A stretch of 64,000 nt of DNA from Eledone cirrhosa (taxonomy: Eukaryota): assembly GCA_964016885.1 (NCBI GenBank), contig OZ024743.1, positions 8,308,001 to 8,372,000 of the forward strand, read 5' to 3'. The translations under genes and the position numbers were made by a program. Of the stretch, positions 60,787-64,000 are shown in pieces. The notes under the pieces were generated by a model. That model did no database searches. It was not told where the DNA came from and saw only the letters and a list, made by a program, of their open reading frames with translations. Each line of letters opens with the position of its first letter. Positions within the stretch are counted from its first letter, which is position 1.

Positions 60787-61622
60787 ATAAAAAAGAAAAT
60801 TTTCGCTCTACATGGCTGAATACAATAAATGTAATCTGAGTTTTTCGAATATTAATAATAACATTCGATTCATTTGCAATTATGCAAACAAGCCTCAATT
60901 CTATAGCCATGTCAGTAGAATGAACCCTTCATTCTTGCTCTTGTGTTGGCATGTGAACAGCCAGACTGCTAATATGCAAATCAGGCCAATCAGTCACTGT
61001 GTATTTTTGAAAATAGCATATATTTTCACTAGCTCTGACAGTTTGGCAGGTGAACAGTGAGCTGTACTGATGAAGGGTGATACCCAGAAACATTAGTATC
61101 TGCAGTTCTGTTCACATGCCAACACAAGAGCAAGAATGAAGGGTTTATTCTACTGACATGGCTATAAAATTGAGGCTTGTTTGCATAATTGCAAACGAAT
61201 CGAATGTTATTATTAATAGGCACATGGCTTAGTCGTTGGAGCATTGGGCTTGCAATCGAAAGGTTGTGAGTTCAATTCTCAGACCGGGTGATGTGTTGTT
61301 TCCTTGAGCAAGACACTTTATTAAAGTTTACTCAGCTGTAGAAATGAGATGATAGGACTGGGGTCTCTATCATTCCACTACAAAGTGGTCATGGAGGTGC
61401 CACGGCAAAAAGGCACCCAGCCCACACTGTAAAGTGGACGTGGAGGTGCCACGGAAAAAAAAGCACCCAGCACTCACTGTAAATGAGGTTGGTGTTAGGA
61501 AGGGCATCCAGCTGTAGAAATCAATCCAGAATCAATTCCCATCCCACCCTTGCAAGCAGGGAAAAGCGGACATAAAATGATGATGATGATGATGATTCAA
61601 AAAACTCAGATTACATTTATTA
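60787..61622. mobile_element. Inverted PLE-like pair with a hammerhead-like motif (61064-61098) in the loop; right arm split by a SINE
   Basis: Arms 60824-60960 vs 61108-61218 + 61595-61622; CTGATGA-a-gggt-gat-accc-a-GAAAcattag. Confidence 0.75.
61219..61594 (+). mobile_element. tRNA/CORE-like SINE with RTE-type 3' tail (GAT)n
   Basis: tggcttagt A box, gttcaattc B box, ccttgagcaagacacttt core, ggaaaagcggacataaaatgatgatg tail. Confidence 0.85.
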
Positions 61623-62419
61623 TATATATATATGCCCAGACCCTACCCCACTCCCAGACTTGCTGCCCCAAGATTCCGACGTTTGTCATGCTGTACAGTT
61701 AACTAAACTACGAATAATTTCCAACAATTGTAAAAGTCAGATTCTCAGAAAACACGAAAAATCATCGGGGAAAGAAAATAATTGTAAAGAAGGCTGATTC
61801 ATTAAAAAAAATACGAGAAATATACACCAATATAAATATGTGCGTTAGAGTTTGACAAACTGCTGTTGAGAGCTAGCCGAACGTACTTATATATTGTACA
61901 CGATCTTACACTTCCCGTTTTATCATTACTCTCTGGTGAATGTTAGATTCATTGAAAATATATACATTCCACTGAAGATCCTCCTCCCCCTCGGTTTTTT
62001 TTTTTAAACAAGCATTTTTGTTGTGGAGTTTAGTCTAAGGTTGGTCTTCACAACCCCTTCCCATGTCTTCATATAAAATGAATAAATAAATAAATAAAGT
62101 TCAATACATTATTTAATTGATTTACACGTGTTTCTTTCAAATACAGAAAGAAGTGGCATTTTATTCTTTTCGATTGAAATCTTCAGAATCGTTAAATAAT
62201 TGTTTCTACTTTTAGTTCAGGGTCAGCATTACCTCAGTGCATTACTGGTGCTTAATACAAAAAAAATAGTTTTTTTATCAACCTCATGTCCAAACATTAT
62301 CCCTCCGAGGTTAACTTTGCCTGTCATCCTTACGGGGTCGATAAAATAAAGTACCAGTTATACACTGGGATAACTGCTGGCCTTGTGCCAAAAGTAGAAA
62401 CAATTATTATTATTATAAT

Positions 62420-63770
62420 CATCACGATTATCGCTTTTACGTCTGTTTTTCCACACTTGCATGGGTTAGGTGGGTCATTCTCATCACGGTATTTCTCCAT
62501 TTGTCATGTTCCTTCATCATCTCCTCTGTGAGTATAAGGGATTTGAGGTGAGGTCAGCTCTCATAACTTCTGTCCAGGTCTTTCTTAGTCTACCTCTACT
62601 GGGATTTCCTGGCACTCCTTTACCCAGTGATCATCGTCCATGCACATCACATGTCCATACCAACACAGTCTTCTCTCATGCACACCACCTTGGATTCCTC
62701 TTAAACCCAGCTTCTCCCTCAACTCGAAGCATGGTTGCTTCATTTCTCTCCAGTCTATCCTTATTCTAACTATTATGCTCTTAGAGAAAATTAAGTCACC
62801 TAGATAGCAGATGCTATCACCTACTTCTATGGGCCCTTCCTGTGACTGGGAAATGTTTATATCACTGGCACTTTTCCCCTCAGTTACCCAGTGCATCTTG
62901 TATATGCAAAGTTTTCCCTTCCTGTTAGTCTACTCATTATCCCACCATATCTCTTGTGTACCCAAGATTCACATTGTGTACACCGTATGGAGTTTATGCC
63001 CACTCCCTTTCTACATATTGAGCAGGACCATTTCCCTGAAGGATCAGGGTCCTATCTTCTCTCCTTTTGATTCCAAATTCTGTTTCCATAGTCAGAACTT
63101 ATTTTCTAATTATCTAATGAATTCAGTGGATTCAGCTATAAGGACTAGGTCATCTGCATAGAGAAGTTTTCATGGGCAGCAGGTTGTAAACCATAATGAA
63201 TAGTAGTGGGCTAAGAACCAAACCCTGATGAACTACCTGTACCTTGAATTCCTCACTAATCTCACTTCCTATTCTCACATTGCTGACATCCCCTCTGTAC
63301 ATGGCTTGCACTGTTCTGACCAGCCATTCTTCTACACCTAATTTCCTTAAGGACCACCAGATCGAGGTACTCTTTCAAATGTTTTTGCTAGATCAATGAA
63401 AGCTAAGTATAGCGGCTTATTTTGGGATAGGAATTTCTCTTGTAGTTGCCTCACTAAGAAGAAGGCATCTCGTCTAATTTGACTCTTTCTCTAATTAGTT
63501 GCATTATAACGCTTTCTATCACTTTCATAACTTGGTTCATTAGTTTTATTCCTCTATAGTTGCTCCTTTCTAGAGCATCACCTTTGCCTTTGTAGCAATT
63601 TATGATCGTACTGCTGCGCCAAGCATTGTATATGACACTGTTCTGTATTACTTGATTAACTATGCGGGTTACTATCTCTGACGGTCCTGCAACTTTACCA
63701 TTCTTCATCTCTTTGATTGCTTCTTTAACCCTATAACTGTCAACTTCAATGGTTGGTCCTTCTATTGGGT
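62420..63770 (-). pseudogene. Degenerate RTE LINE 3' half
   Basis: KNGKVAGPS, YKGKGDALERSNYRGIKL, LYADD, YLGD, RLCWYGHV. Confidence 0.85.
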
Positions 63771-64000
63771 AACAGATAATGCTGGCGTAATCATTTTCTT
63801 AGTCTGGTCAAACCAAGAAGTGTCAAAAACTAGGTTCATCAGCTTACCAAACTGTGTTGAAATTATTTTATTTTTGAGAAGGGGGCATGCATTGTAGAGT
63901 TAGTCAAAGGTGATAAATAGCCAATCACTCTATGAGTGATTTGTGTTTTAAAATCATTTTGTCAATAAACAGTTGTTGATTCATAAATTCCTTCCCATTT

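Overview
Eukaryotic, AT-rich, microsatellite-dense non-genic or intronic DNA. The SINE families and repeat landscape resemble a cephalopod such as Octopus (inference). No intact host gene is recognisable; most ORFs in the track are translated microsatellites or antisense shadows. Recognisable content is a nested retroelement landscape: a Penelope-like element (RT + C-terminal GIY-YIG, 13.9-16.3 kb), a near-intact RTE LINE with three C-terminal C2H2 fingers (19.1-23.0 kb), a full-length L1/Tx1-type LINE (31.9-37.5 kb), R4/Dong and CRE endonuclease fragments, tRNA-SINEs, non-autonomous Helitrons, MITEs, hAT and mariner remnants, and an LTR-like sequence in three inverted/direct copies. The main signal is about a dozen 115-500 bp palindromes, mostly embedded in (TA)n tracts and from largely unrelated families. 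Most carry a type-I hammerhead ribozyme motif (CUGANGA...GAAA...UH with a palindromic stem III) at or near the fold-back point. In the asymmetric cases the copy with the extra 3' tail consistently stops at or within the ribozyme, while the tail-less copy reads through it.
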